The position numbers and the translations under genes are program-made. From Octopus bimaculoides (lineage: Eukaryota), in NCBI RefSeq assembly GCF_001194135.2, contig NC_068985.1:27269957-27333956 (forward strand): 64,000 nucleotides of DNA, in the 5' to 3' direction. A model generated the notes under the pieces. That model was given only the letters and a program-made list of their open reading frames with translations, was not told the DNA's origin and searched no databases. Position 1 is the stretch's first letter; each line of letters opens with the position of its first letter. Shown here one piece after another: positions 1 to 14,072 of the stretch.

Positions 1-900
1 GTAGATAGAATTCAAATTTAGTCACCTCAAATGCTAATTTTAAGTTGAGTCAATGACTGGATTTGTATTAAATCTTGTAGTATTAGCGAGAGGTTTTGCA
101 TAAAGTAATTAAATGAATATACGATATAAATGGCAGTAAGAACATTTGTTTTAAAAGCAGTAGTAACACAATTATATAAGCAATAAAAATATAGAAACGC
201 AAAAAATTATATATAAAATATAACAGAAAATTATAGCCCTTAGGGTTGAATTCAACTGCTCGTTCTTGCAAACAGATAATTATAAGGCAACATTACTGGC
301 TCTAATTTCCTAGAATTACAAATATTACTTTGTGGCAGTCACTTTGTGAATGATTATACAGGAAAGATGAGATTTGTAATTTACTGTATAACTTTTTTCT
401 TTAAATTTTAGTTTGTCTGGTGATCCACAACTCCTGCTAAACTACAACTGTTCAAGTGAAAAAGACTTCAAAATCCAAAGTAATGAATGTTAAATCCTAT
501 AAACATGTGACACAGATGGAAGAAGGATTGACTAGCATTTAAATGTTCTTATCTAGACAAAGCCTTTACTGATCTGCAGGAAATACAGTTATATGTACCG
601 ATAATGCAGTCTCCTTTACTATACAAGGACCTAATTTCTAGAGAAAAGAAATAATAGTTATTCTAATGCCAAACTGTCTTACAAGAGCTCACAAAAAGTG
701 AGAAAAAAATGAAAACTATTGTGGAATACTGCATAATGAAAAGTAAAGCGAAAGCTTGAAAGTAATACATTATTTTGATCATATGACTATATAACCAACA
801 AATGATTCTGTGGCTTAATGTTCTGAGTTAAAATCCTGTCAATGTCTGAATTACTTTACTTTTTTGAGCAAATATTGTGCTACATAATATTTGAGCTGTC

Positions 901-1125
901 TAAGGCAGCAAGCTGGTAGAAATGTTAGCACGCAAGGTGAAATGCGTAGCGGTATTTCGTCTGTCTTTACATTCTGAGTTCAAATTCTGCTGAGGTTGAC
1001 TTTGCTTTTCACTCTTTCAGAGGTCAATAGATTAAGTACCAGTTGCATACTGGAGGTCGATCTAATCAACTGCCCCCCCACCCAAAAAAAAATTTTGGGC
1101 CTTGTGCCCAGAATAGAAAAGAATA
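901..1125 (+). mobile_element. SINE family B copy (GAGCTGGCAGAA...TTCTGAGTTCAAATT...GGTCGAT type)
   Basis: Matches many other copies in the window: B-box-like GAGTTCAAATT followed by AGGTTGACTTTGCTTTTCA and a conserved tail. Confidence 0.85.
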
Positions 1126-1167
1126 TTTGAGCTGTCTCTAAACATATGCAAAACTGGTTTCATTCTT

Positions 1168-2460
1168 GTGGAATTTTTCTGTTCTCCACTTTTGAACCAT
1201 GATGGTTTTGTAAACAGTACATCAGCAATGAAAGCCTTCACATTTACTGCCCATTTTGTATCCAATTCTATACTACATGCACTAGATACATCTCAAAAAC
1301 TACCTTTCCAGAAGGCTTGCCAACCTGCACATATGCATACCAAGTGTGAAAGTACCTTCAATCACTTCAAACCAATAAGTCTATTGACCTCATCAACTCA
1401 CACTTCCTCTTTAACTGATCACCAATATGACTTCCATAAAGTCAGATTTATTGAGGACATACTCTCTTGTATTACTCACCAAGGGGCTCTCATCCTCAGA
1501 AAATTAGATGAAAGTAGTTTTGCTCCCTTCAACATTAGCAAAGCTTTAAAGCACATCCTGCATGTAAACCTCCTGGAAAAATTGCCTTCCTATGATTTTC
1601 ATTTGCCCTTGATTCTTGAATCAGATGTCACACAAAGAGACATGGGTTGCTGGAAGTATCTCTGATCTGCTCTATCAACTCTGGTATACCTTAGGGTTTG
1701 GTTTTGCCACCCATATTCTTCTTCCTATACTTTAATGTCTTACTTGTTGTCACTTCCAACAATGCCCACTCTTTGCAGATGATACCAACCTTCATTCTTC
1801 TTTAACCTTTTGCACCCAAATGTCATCTGCATGTAACTACACCTCATGCTGACCGTGTCTTCTTGAACAGGTAAAAAGACACAATCACTGTACATATCAA
1901 GAGAATATTATCTCATCTACTCATTGCTATTGCTAAACAAGAATACATAACTAGAACCCTCACAATTACTTCAAATACTAAGCTCCACCAGGACTAAGGA
2001 TCTCTCAGAGCAAACATACATCCTCAAAACTGTAAAAACAGCTGCACAAAGATTGTCCGTCTTCTTCAGGTTCAGAAAAAAACCTAACCTTTGCAACAAC
2101 TACTAGCTCTCTACAAAGCCCAGTTAAGCCCACAATGGAATACTGGTCTCACACCTGTGATGTGTTGATACTATACACACAAATATCTTACACCATATTT
2201 ATAGAAAGGCCAGTTAATTGATCGATGTGAAGTTGTTTACAAACATACTCTAATCTCTGGCTCATAAATGTACTGTCTCCTCCTTCTGTCTTTCCTGCTG
2301 CTACTACTGTGGCTATTGCTTCCTGGATCTGGCTAGTTCCATACAAAAATTTATTCTATGTCCTCAATGGCGAATCAGTGACCAATGATGTAATTGCAAA
2401 AATTCTTTAGTGTTCTCCCTTTTCACCAGTGTTTTTAATTATGTGCTTCAAGCATCAGCA
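1168..2460 (+). mobile_element. Decayed CR1/Jockey-type LINE ORF2 (reverse transcriptase and C-terminal region)
   Basis: Frameshifted motifs read in the sequence: NISKAL.H..LLEKLPSY (cf. DISKAFDRVWH..LL.KL.SY), INSGIP*GLVLPP (INSGVPQGSVL), FADDT, QLLALYKAQ, SLAHKCTVSSFCL (PLAHRRNVASLSLFY). Confidence 0.8.
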
Positions 2461-3097
2461 GATACAATTGACTGTAAATACCTTCTGGTCCCTCCAAGAT
2501 AAGCTCACATCCATACATGAAAACAGTATAGATTCTGTAGATGATCTTGCACAACTTACATGAGGCACAAGATCTGCTAATCCCTCTTGAGACAGCAGTA
2601 AACTACATTAATGATCATTATCAAATGTGTCTTTTCTAAGATGTTAGGGAGTGATTTGAGGGAGATTCGGCTTCTATTTCTAGCAGGTCGAATGACCACA
2701 CAGACTTCCCTGTTACTCATTTGGCTATATGTATGTACATATGCATCTTATAGTGTAATCAAATGTACTCAAGATAGATCAGATAGCTAATGTTTCCTCT
2801 TTTAGCTATAATTGACAAAATAAACTATGAGAGAAAACAGCTATTATATAAAAATAATCTAATCATGTATAAGGTCACACAAAGAAATTTACAAGAAACC
2901 TATTTTTTACCTGTCTTCTCTATTTAAGAAGACAGTAGAACAAACTTTTTAACACATGTATATAATGTCCCAAATTTTATTTGAACAATAAAAATGAGAA
3001 ATTGTGTTTCATATATATACTTTACAAGGGTACTATGAAGGTTGTCAACTGGAGCTACTGTGAAGGGACTCTGAATAGCAACTTTAACATGGATGTT

Positions 3098-3235
3098 CAT
3101 CATCATCATCATCGTTTAACGTCTGCTTTCCATGCTAGCATGGGTTGGACGATTTGACTGAGGACTGGTGAACCAGGTGGCTACACCAGGCTCCAATCTG
3201 ATTTGGCAGGGTTTCTACAGCTGGATGCCCTTCTT
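3098..3235 (-). mobile_element. 3' end of a retroposon with (GAT)n tail (probably RTE-related)
   Basis: Reverse complement of the 3' part of 20323-20742; CATCATCATCATCGTTTAACGTC...CATGCTAGCATGGGTTGGACG. Confidence 0.8.
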
Positions 3236-3437
3236 CATTTATCAATTTTTCTACCATTGTACCTTAGTGGTTATCTTGCACTAAATAAATAATTTAAACT
3301 ACAAATCAATAGTGAATAATCAAAATTATATTAGTCCATACTCACAAACACTGTATAAAGATTTTCAAAAGCCAAAAGTCAACTGAACATTTGTAAACAA
3401 TTGGACAGTAGCTATCTACACAAACTGAAGGAAAAAA

Positions 3438-3635
3438 TTTTGGCACAAGGCCAGCAGTTTCCGAGGAAAGAGTAAGTTGATTATATTGACCCTGCTGCTA
3501 AACTAGTACTTATTTTAATGACCCTGAAAAAGTCAACCTCAGTGGAATTTGAACTCAGAATGTAGAAACTGGACAACATGCCAATAAGCATTTCGCCCAG
3601 CACATAAATGATTCTGCCAGCTTGCTGCCTTAACT
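3438..3635 (-). mobile_element. SINE family B copy
   Basis: Reverse-complement similarity to 901-1125 (GGCACAAGGCCAGCA...AATTTGAACTCAGAA). Confidence 0.8.
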
Positions 3636-4559
3636 ATCTATGCAAATTATTATACAGATTAATCAACTAATTATATTGAAAAATTAACCCACAAGGATAG
3701 TTCACAGAATATTGTCAAGTTCACCATAAGGAGCAGAAAGTCTAACATTACAGCCTTTTACTTTTATATGGAGGGTATAAACACACACATGCAAAATAAA
3801 TGGGAGGTGAGGCTGTTTATCTTGCTGCAGGCAGTGAGTGAAGAGGAATTATCTTTTCATTCACTTCCTACAGCAAGGCCTGATACCACCTTTGTCATGC
3901 TTTACTCCCCACTGAATAGCAAGAACTCAAAACAGATTTTCTACTCCTCACAGTAACGCAACATATCAACATGTTTTAAAGTTGCCTTTGGATTAAATTG
4001 ATGCTGACAGAGATTTTCACCAGTTTCTTTGGATTTGGCACATAATCCTCATTGTCTCGACAGTTTGAATAGACAATAATAAACTGAAGTTAGATGAGAT
4101 AATAAATTTTAATTTAGGGTTGTAACTTTAGAAATATGCCAAGAGAAAAAAGAAATTGAAGTATGTCAGACATTAGTAAATAGCTTTGTGTTAGTAAATA
4201 GTATTCATATCTTAACCTAGCTCAGTAAGTTCAACTTGTTAGAAAAAAAGCATAATTTATGACCTACAAGCATTAACTACAAACTTGGTTTATTTGAAAT
4301 TCAATCTTTAAATGTAGCTGGAAACTGAAATGTAATGAAAGTTTACTTTAGAGCTATAGCTGTAAAGTCCCTGGAGAAGGTGAAAAAAAAAAAAAAAAAA
4401 AAAAAGTTTGTAGGGTAAATCGACTGTCTCACCAGGTATTTCAAATAGTTTGGTTCTTGCTAACAACACCTACTTCACTTGGTTCAGACTACAACTGTTA
4501 CATTCTTGAAGGGCGGCTGATGTATGTAAAAAGAATAAATGCAATGTTGTGGAGAGGTT

Positions 4560-4740
4560 GCAATGATATATCACGAAAAAACAAAATGCCTTGTATGGGT
4601 GATGCAAAAATCCCTGAAAAACTACTTTGGCCAAAGTATATAACACCAAAATAGGATAGGAATAAAAGAGATAAATAAATGATGCAGTAGTCAGGCAGAG
4701 ATGGTTGAAGAAGTCAATTGCATTCTACATTACAATGGTG
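4560..4740 (+). mobile_element. Possible RTE LINE ORF2 C-terminal fragment, highly decayed
   Basis: MGDAKIPEKLLW resembles the RTE motif RM.D.RIPK.LL; followed by stops. Confidence 0.35.
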
Positions 4741-5804
4741 TTGTTGTACAGCAACAGAATATACAAAAGATTATTACATTTGATCTCTTTATGTAATAAA
4801 ACTTATTTACAATAAATTTAACTAATTCCCTTTTTATGCAAGATAAAAACAAAAAAACAATCAAATGACTCCGGATGAAATGAGAAATTTATGGAATTGT
4901 AGACTAAGCATCAGGGATCTGAGGTGAAGAAATGTTTACAGCAAAATTACTTTACTAAGAATGAAAAAAAAAAATTCTTTTTACAGTAATGAATATAACT
5001 GCTGAGAAAAATTTTCTATTTTCTTTAGAAGTAAAGCAAACTGAAACCTTAAAATTTTGGATATGGATAGTAGGGTGAGTATCAGATAATCAGAGAAATG
5101 ATTCCAAACTATACTGAAAGTTTTTAGCACAAGTTTATATCTTATACAAACTAAAGAATATTCATTCACATAACACACTATAAAATAACTAACGATATTA
5201 TGAGAATCAAAAGAAAATGAAAATAAGATCTAAAATTTGTTTTTCTTTTTGTGAAAAAGAAATGAAATAATTTCTGTCATTTTAGAGAAGCTTCTGTAAT
5301 TTTAAAGAAGCTTTAAAATATATTAAAATGCATATTATAAGTAAAGACCTTTCCATTCTGTGTCAGAGACTGAAATGAATTGTGAGCGGTGAGTGAAGTA
5401 ACTTAGAGATTCAAATGAGTGTTGAGAACGACCAAGTAATCTTTATAAGAGGAATAGTTTATCAGAGTCCATTCACTTTCACCAAACAGGGTAATAAACC
5501 ATTGAAATTAATGCTAAACATTACTAATTCCAATTCATTTATCTTGCTTGTTTTACTAAAATCATTCTTTGCTGTAATTTGTCTTCTTAACAAATGACTG
5601 AATACTTCTCATCAGCTGTAATAGCTTAACATAGCTTCTGGCTACAATTGACCTTTTTAACATAGAGGGACCCTTATTAATTTAAGGATACTACATGGAG
5701 TTATTTCCCTTTAAGTCTTTAATTAGAGAGAACCTCTTTTAAAATGAAACGGTTTGGAGAGTGAGAGAGAGAAAGAGCGAGAGAGAGAGAGAGATTATAA
5801 ATTT

Positions 5805-6176
5805 GAAACGTGGCTGTGTGATAAGAAGTATGCTTCCTAACCACATGGTTCTGGGTTCAGTTTCACAGTGTGGCACCTTCGGCAGGCCAAATTTAGTCAG
5901 CCCGCTGAAGGTGAGTGGATTTGGTAGATGGAAACTGAAAGGAGCCTGTTGTGTATGTGTCTTTGTGCCTCAGCTTGTCCCCCAACACCACTTGACAACT
6001 GGTTTTGATGTGCTTACATACCCTGTAACTTAGCAATTAGCCCAAAATATCTGATAGAATTAAGTACCAGGCTTTAAAATGCACTAGGGTCAACTTGTTT
6101 GGCATAAAAAATTAATTCTTCAAGGTAATGCCCCAACATGGCTGCAGTCTAACACTGAAACAAGTAAAAGAAAGAT
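5805..6176 (+). mobile_element. tRNA-derived SINE family A (major Octopus-type SINE)
   Basis: Head GGCTGTGTG..AAGAAG..GCTTCC.AACCAC..GGGTTCAGT, core GTGGATTTGGTAGATGGAAACTGAAAG, tail CTGAAACAAGTAAAAG; many copies in the window. Confidence 0.9.
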
Positions 6177-6749
6177 ATTAGCTGAAGTAAAAAAAAAAAA
6201 AAAAGTTCGCTTCTATTTGGAAGACATTAAATATCTAATCTTAAACGTGAGGTTGCTTATAATTGCTGTACACACACACACAGGCACATGCATGCACTTG
6301 TACATAGATGCTTATAAGAAGCCTATTTATTTTTAGTTTAAAAAATAGCTATGGCGGATATGAGTAAATGACATATTAGATATCTGTAGAGTTAATTTCT
6401 CATTGATGTCAATAAGCATCAGATAAAACAACTGACTAGATATGTCTATGTAGCTGTTAGAACATCAGAGATCAAGTATGTCTCATTGAAGCATTTCCTA
6501 ATCAAATGTAAGTTTGAGTGGTTGACTTAAGCTAACATACATACACCCACTCAACTTAAAAAAAAACTGAACTATATATACTAAATCTGTCTGTCTGTCC
6601 GTCTCTCTATCTCTCTCACATGACAAATGCAGTGAAAGATTTCACGAATCAGTTAGTCTGCATTGATATGAATACACCCAAAGTGGAACTAAAAATGTTT
6701 TGGTCAAATAAAATACAATGAATTTGTTTCACTGGAGCACCAAATTGAA

Positions 6750-6995
6750 GGGTCTATTTGGTCATTTTGTGCTGAACAGCTGTTTTGGGGATGTAAATAA
6801 ACCAATACTGATTGTCATGCATTTGGGGTTGAAGGGAGTTCACACACACATATAAGGGCTCCTACGTAGTTTCCATCTGCTTACAGGCACTGGTTGGCCT
6901 AAAACCTTAGACAATTGCACCAGGTGCCATACAGTGGGACTGAACCCAAAATCAAGTGGTTACAAAGTGATTTTTGAACCACAAAATTATGCTTG
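6750..6995 (-). mobile_element. SINE family A copy, old
   Basis: Reverse-complement similarity to family A (CAGTGGGACTGAACCC). Confidence 0.75.
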
Positions 6996-8939
6996 CATTT
7001 ATCAGGATGTTAGCATGTCACTGTTGATTTAATTTTTTTTTTGTAATAAGAAGCAAATATAATCCTAGTTAGCGAGATTTTAGTTTGCCTCCCTCATAAT
7101 TCCTAGCTATGTCTTGTTTTAACTAAAATACATTAAAAAAAAATGCAGTGTAGTTTTGAGTGTAGTGTCAAGCTAATGATATATATTTAATTATTTTTCT
7201 TTTTTTTTTTATATTATAAATCAAATCAAATAATTCTTGACAGGTAGCCAATAAAATAAAAATAGTTCATAACTTAAAGAAAAAAGAAAAAAAATTCAGG
7301 AAATACACCCTGAAAAATTTCTATTTAGAAAACGGTAAAATTAAATCACTTGGCAAACATCATTAATTTCTTTTCATGTTGCAATAAGCAAACTTGCAAA
7401 CCCACAGTCTTTGAACTAAATCTACAAAATACATTCTTTATTTTATATTAATTAAATTTTCTTGCAACAAATTCAGTGTAAAGCCTCAGAAGAGAATCTG
7501 CAATCACAAGAAAAGCTCATGTGCTCACGGAGGCTGTTCTAGTATTATGTAAACTTAATTCAGTAAGATTTCTTTGAAGAATTGTTTTCCAACACAGTTT
7601 AGACTTATCTTACTAGGAAAATCTAAATATCTTTAAAAATACTCCTGCTTATTGTGTAGGATAAGGAAATCTTGAAGCACAGCGCTGATATAAATAATTT
7701 GATAAAAGTTAATTTGAATTCTTTACCTCCTCCTAAATTCATTTAGTATGTTACATTGAAATCATCATGTTCTACTAACTTAATAGTTCAATCAATTTTG
7801 AAACTCAAAGCTGTCATTTTTGTAATATATTTTGATAAAAAAAAATTTTTTAAAAAGAATGAAAATCATACAAACTATGTAATCTTTCAAATCTTTTTTA
7901 AATTCAATACCACTTATGCTTTCATGAATAATGTGTAGCTGTGAAGGAACGAATTCTATTTTTTATGACTGTACTTCTTTTTAAACGTACTTTATAAATA
8001 CAAATACAATAGATTTTAAACTTATTTCTCAGCTTACACACAATGAAGTATTAGAATACCTACCTTCTATTTCAATAAGACACTTTTGTTAAATAACATA
8101 ATGAAATGTTTAATCTAGACCAAGTGGTAATATTCAATCTTGTAGTATTCAAATTTTCTCTGAGTATCTCTTTATCTAAAGTTAACTAACAATGTGAAAG
8201 AGAATAGTTTCCACTACTTAAGGGAGATATAATAATCCTCTGATAGTAGCTCAATATCTTCCAGTTTCTAGGTAATGCAAGGATTATCTTTTAGTAGGAA
8301 CTAAAGCAGAAAGTCATTCTTGAATATACACACGAAAGAGAATCCTTACATCCAAAACATTAATCAGTTGAAGATGTGCTGAGGCATAAAAACTGTGAAT
8401 GTTTTTCTGTCTAAAGCTTATCTGTATGTAGGGCTTTTAAAGACTAGTGAGATATAAAGCTGAGTAACATTGATTTGGTTAATCTGTATATTTATTATAT
8501 TGGTGGTTAGTGTAATGCATAAATGTATTGAAGAGTGAAAGTAGAGGCTCATAGGTAAGTAATCCTGGAGATGAAGTGAAGGATTGCACATGATGTTTGG
8601 TGCAGAGTATGGCGTGATGGTTAATGTTGTTAAACCTTAGTTAGCTCTGATAGAGAAAAACTTTATTAAGACAGTCCATCCATGAACACCCTATCTTTGT
8701 TTTTCTACAGATAGCTAGGACTAAATTATCCAAAGTGTACATCCTTTCTAAGATAGTGCTGTTCAATTTGAGAGAGATTTGGGTACTTTAGTAGCAGGTT
8801 GAGCAACCATGTAAAGGTTTCACCATTGGCTCCAGTATGGGCTGATAAACAGCAGAGGAAACTGTAATAAATCAATTTAAGTGTAGGTGGATGGCAAGCA
8901 GGACATTTTGAGAGCAAAGTTCATTGATTTTCAGTTACA

Positions 8940-9960
8940 GAGAGTTTCTTGATTAGGCAAAAAAAACTTTCTTTCTTATGATGCCAGTGATAAAATGTGG
9001 TATAGAACCTATATATAAACAAAAAAAAGAAACAAGCCATTGTGTGGTATATTTGGGCTTTGTAGAGAGTTAAATATTGTTAAAGGCTGACATTTTTTGG
9101 CTCTGAATGGAGAAACAAATCTCTTTGATGTAGTTTTTAACAATATTGATAATATGAGGCTGAATTAAAAGAGGAATTGTGAGAGATTGCTCATAATAGT
9201 CTGAGAAGTGTTGCAGTACTTTCTGAGAATGGGAGGATAGGCACAGGCATGGCTGTGTGGTTTAGAGGTTTGCATTGCAACCATGTGGTTTTAGGTTCAG
9301 TCCCACTGTGTGGCACCTTGAGTAAGCATCTTCTACTATAGTCCTGGACTGACAATAGCTTGTTAGTGGATTTGGCAGATGGAAACAGTTTGTATGTGTG
9401 TGTGTGTGTTGTGTTTGTCTTGGACCCCATAGCTTGACAACTAGTGTTGGTTTGTTTATGTCCATGTAACTTAGCAAAATAGACTGGTAGCATAAGTAGC
9501 TCACTTAAAAAATAAATACTGAGGCTGATTTATTCAACTAAAACTCATCAAGGTCAGTACCCCAGCATGACTGCAGTCCAATGACTGAAACAAATAAATG
9601 AAGTAAAACGCTCATCCTGATTGTAAGAAATGTATTTTGTAAATCACTGATGTTAACAGTAGACAAGAAATAGGAGTTAAGAGAGGAGGAAGTGGAGGAA
9701 AGATGGATGTGTCATCTCCACAGAAGTCAATAGATCTAGTAGTAACTGATAAGAAGTTCTTCATAGAATATTAGGTTGAAAAATGATGGATCTCTGGAAA
9801 GCAGGGTTTATTAAAATGTGAATAGAAGAGTCATAACTAATACAGGCAGAAGTGACATAGCCAATGAGGAAATGTTGAACCGATGGCTATTACTTTAATA
9901 AAAGGCTCTGCTAATCTCAAGTGCCATAGCACAGGTTTCAGAAAAAAAAAAAAAAAAAAA
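8940..9960 (-). mobile_element. Decayed CR1/Jockey-type LINE fragment, same family as 1168-2460, interrupted by a SINE
   Basis: Minus strand reads CGDDTSI (cf. FADDT) near 9700 and LTLYKAQIYHTM near 9050. CTCTCTACAAAGCCCA is shared with position ~2107. Confidence 0.6.
9240..9606 (+). mobile_element. SINE family A copy nested in the LINE fragment
   Basis: Full head-core-tail with an internal (TG)n. Confidence 0.9.
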
Positions 9961-10329
9961 AAAAGACTAGTAGATCTGGTGTAGCAGAACCCATTCTATT
10001 TAGTGTGTTATGAAATGGATACCACTTGTAATAAAACAGAAGTTTGTTAATATAAATTGAGGACAGATAATATAGGTATCTATATAAGTCAGTGAAGGAA
10101 AATAAGTTTCTCAAAAGTTAAAATCAACAGCAAAATTCTGTATAAAAGAAATCTATTGCAGACTCAAAGTTGTTGCTTATGCTGAATGTTTTTTTGTTTT
10201 TTTTTACCATATTTAAACCTTCCTTAACTGAAGATGCAAAGAAAATAACCAACCCTGAGTAGGGGAACATGCATATTTATAGCAATACTATGAATTAACC
10301 AATCAGTATAACAGTAATAATTTCAAATA

Positions 10330-10920
10330 TTGGCACAATTTAGGGAAAGGGAAACAATCAATTATATTGATTCCAATCAGGGCTGGATTAAGATTTACAA
10401 GGCACTTAAACACTTAAAAAATGTTGATGTCCTCATATATATGTAATTCAAAATATAAACAGTAACAAACCATAAAATAAATTTTTATCTTTCAAAATGA
10501 AACAAAACAGCAAGATGGAAGAAAATGTTTACCTTTTACACTTCCCTTTATATTTGAAAAGTTTTCTACCTTTGTTAATCGCAAAGCCTTTTATCAGATC
10601 TTCAAACTTAATCTTATGCAACATATCTGCTTCTATACTTAGTAGATACAAGGCATCCCAAATATTATTTTAATGTGATTTCTTTTGTGCCATAAACCAT
10701 TTACCATTTCTATAGTTCCCCATTTCCCTCGATGCTCTAAGCACATGCTTATTTTGCTTAATGGTTAATCCAGCACACTGAACCTAGTATTTGACTGGCA
10801 CTTTATCAACCTTGGATGAAAGGTAAATTTAACTGTAGCAGGATTTGAACATAGAATTTAAAAAAAAAACATTACAAAATACAACAAGGCATTTTGTCTG
10901 ATGCTCAACAATTCTCCAAG
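10330..10920 (-). mobile_element. Old SINE family B copy split by a MITE
   Basis: The two SINE halves, 10330-10377 and 10781-10920, are collinear across the insertion. Confidence 0.6.
10378..10780. mobile_element. MITE with CAGGGCTGGATTAA...TTAATCCAGCAC(AC)TG termini (hAT-like)
   Basis: Inverted termini match 11/12; a degenerate ~8-bp duplication of host SINE sequence flanks both sides. Confidence 0.6.
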
Positions 10921-12693
10921 TTCATTAATAACACTTTAAAATATGAATAAATAAATAAATAATGAATAATAAAACTATCTTAGATCTGATTCCTAATTTG
11001 TTGTTAAAAGTTGTTTGCAATTTATTTCCAAAGGCTAGTCCATATTCATGTTCATTCCCAAAGATTTTGTCTCTTAACTATTATTTGTACTTAATAAAAC
11101 TTATTACATATTAAAATGGTTTAACAAAATTTTCATTTATCTTTAACCCTGATATGTGAATGGAATGATGTAGCATATTGCTACATTATTCAGTTAAAGA
11201 AAAATTATAGTAATTCTCTTCTCTCTTGGTAGAAGTTTCCATCCTTTCTCTTTTATTAGTTACTACTCTCCTTCCTTCATTTTCTTCACAAGCTAGCCAC
11301 CTTGTTCTAGCGTCTATATTACTATACTACAAATACAGGCACACAAAGTTGACTTTATGATTTACCAGAATAGCCATACCAACAAAATCATAGCTAGATT
11401 AAATGAATTTATTTTATATTTAAGAAATACTGATAATTCTATTTAAGAAATATTTTCGATAATGTGTCAAATATTTGAGAGAATTATTAAGAATGATACA
11501 CCAGTTATAATTTAGATAAATCTTTCAAACAAATCATATAATTGTCTCACTACGAATCATTTTATTTTACACATAGAGAAACAGATAGCTAAATCACATA
11601 TCTATAAGAACATACAGAAGATTGCTAACCCTCCTCATCATTTAAGTTTTGATTGATGGACACAGCAGTCATTGTTAAAGAATACAAAACCTGTTGTAAT
11701 TCATATTCACAAAATAATATCTTGCTGTCTTAACTTTCAATCCATGTTAACTTTATTTTCGGTTAAATAATCAATTTACAAACATCTAATCAATCAAAAT
11801 GTTTCCCAATTCAAAATCCAGAGTTTCTTCAAGATTTAATTGCTGTACATGCTTAATAGTATTCACTTTTAAAAATGTCTTCCATTATAAGCTAATAAAC
11901 ACTATATTATATTAATTTTTTTTCTTGTAATAGCAAAAAACAAAAAAAAATAAATAACTAAAAAGGAAGAAAGAAAGAGTTTGCTCTCTGTCAATATTCA
12001 GGATAAACAATGAAGTTCAGATTACATAAAGTAAAAAGAGCCCTCATCAGCAGAACAAAACATACATTCTCTTCATAGTTATCTATCTATTATGCCTGAA
12101 TGATCATTCACAAAGGATTTGCAAGATAAGGTTTTAACAGTCATTTTACAAATATTTCATATAGTGTTTCAACATTTCCTACAAAATTTTTAGACAGACA
12201 TGGACACACACACACACACAAACACTCATCTATTAGGCTACATCTTGCTTAAATAGATTATGGATTTGTAGGCATTGCCTGATCAAAAAGTTTCAGATTC
12301 TTCAGCAACCTGGAACATCTCTTAAATGGAGTTCAGAAATATTGTCCAACTGCAGCCACTGGAGGAAGATCTTTGAAGGTCTTCATTCATAAAAATCAGC
12401 TTAACAGCAAGTCCCAAATATATGGAATAAATGCTCATGACAATGATAATCTTTGATCTGAATGTGCTATATCATAGTAGTATAGCATTAGTAACCTGCA
12501 GAATTTGCAATAAATCCTATCATGTGACCAATCTTAACCAATGAGAACTTTACAAGTGTCCTACAGACACATCACCCCTTGCCATCTTTTACATTTACTC
12601 ACAATACTCTCTGAAAGAATACATATATATATCCTTTATGTGCATGTGTGAAACTGAGCAATGATGAATAGCATAATTAATTGTTTTCCTCTA

Positions 12694-12694
<1 letters not shown>

Positions 12695-12730
<36 letters not shown>
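12695..12730. repeat. (TG)n microsatellite
   Basis: Direct reading. Confidence 0.95.
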
Positions 12731-12734
<4 letters not shown>

Positions 12735-12879
12735 GTGGCAAATTGGTAGTCATTAGAGCATTGGATATTGCCCTCCATCCTTTCAGGGTCAATAAATAAA
12801 GTACTAGTCCTTTACTGAGGTTGATTTTTACTTTTCTTTCTCTTGTTCTTTCTGTGCATGTCCCTTTCTCCTATTCTGG

Positions 12880-13108
12880 NNNNNNNNNNNNNNNNNNNNN
12901 NNNNNNNNNNNNNNNNNNNNNNNNNNNNNNNNNNNNNNNNNNNNNNNNNNNNNNNNNNNNNNNNNNNNNNNNNNNNNNNNNNNNNNNNNNNNNNNNNNNN
13001 NNNNNNNNNNNNNNNNNNNNNNNNNNNNNNNNNNNNNNNNNNNNNNNNNNNNNNNNNNNNNNNNNNNNNNNNNNNNNNNNNNNNNNNNNNNNNNNNNNNN
13101 NNNNNNNN
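12880..13108. other. Assembly gap (N run), followed by (TA)/(TG) microsatellite
   Basis: N bases. Confidence 1.
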
Positions 13109-13136
13109 ATATATAAAGATAGCCCTTTGAATTGTA

Positions 13137-13188
<52 letters not shown>

Positions 13189-13852
13189 CTCAGGCATATC
13201 AATATATTGATATAGATACATTTGTGTACAAAGAAAAGACTGGGAAGCTATACTGTCCATACAAGAATAGCTGATCTTGATGTTAAGTGAGTTCAAGAGC
13301 TTATGGTATGCATAGGAAGTAAACATCTTATCAAGGTGAAGGACATGTTTGTGGTGATTTCTATGACATATTGTGAATTAAATATAAACCCTATCACATA
13401 TACTGAGTGCTCTTTTCTATCCTTTCTCCACAGAAACATATACTCTCTCCAATTCTAATTAACCTTAACTACAAGCCAAAATTAAAAGTCAAAGATGAAG
13501 AAGACCTTTCATTTATTCCTTGAAAAACATAGATACTATCTAGGAAACTGTACACCATGTGCCTCACCAGGAAAATAACACTACACCTCAAACTTTTATG
13601 AAGAAAATATCACCTCATACCAACCTGATCATGAGCAACATTCAACCACAACCTTCAAAAGTGCCAATTTTTTAATTTCACTATCAACAAGGATCATTCC
13701 AGGTAAAAAGCATACCCATAGCATAGCTATGGTTTATCTCTTCAATGCCAGAAGCTCAACACTAACCACAAATCACAAAATCCAGTCCTTAAACTTTCCA
13801 CTCTCTAAAATTCTTTCTATGCTTATGAATTTACCACAGATGCTGACTGAAA

Positions 13853-14072
13853 CCTTTAGCATTCACGTTGCTCTGTCAAATGTAATACTTATTTATTCAT
13901 ATTGTTTTGAATTAATCATACAATCACATCATTGAAATCTTATAGCTCCAAGATAATGCATATTTTTGGACTGATAATTGTATGGTAGGTATGAAAGGCT
14001 AGATGAGGCTGGTTTGAACATAAAACATGTAGCATATTTTGGCAGGATATGGCTGGTTGAAATGCTAAAGGG
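13853..14072. mobile_element. piggyBac-like MITE (~215 bp)
   Basis: Termini CCTTTAGCATT...AATGCTAAAGGG followed by TTAA; interior similar to the copies at 15627 and 22182. Confidence 0.75.

Noticed and set aside
599-637. 39-nt minus-strand exon candidate (also 23535-23559 and 3346-3424)
   Set aside because: Plausible splice sites but short unrecognisable peptides; such pairs are common by chance in AT-rich introns.
1168-1665. 165-aa ORF as a host gene
   Set aside because: It is part of a frameshifted LINE reverse transcriptase.
12812-13326. Long ORFs of 95-151 aa
   Set aside because: Artefacts of the N gap and microsatellites.
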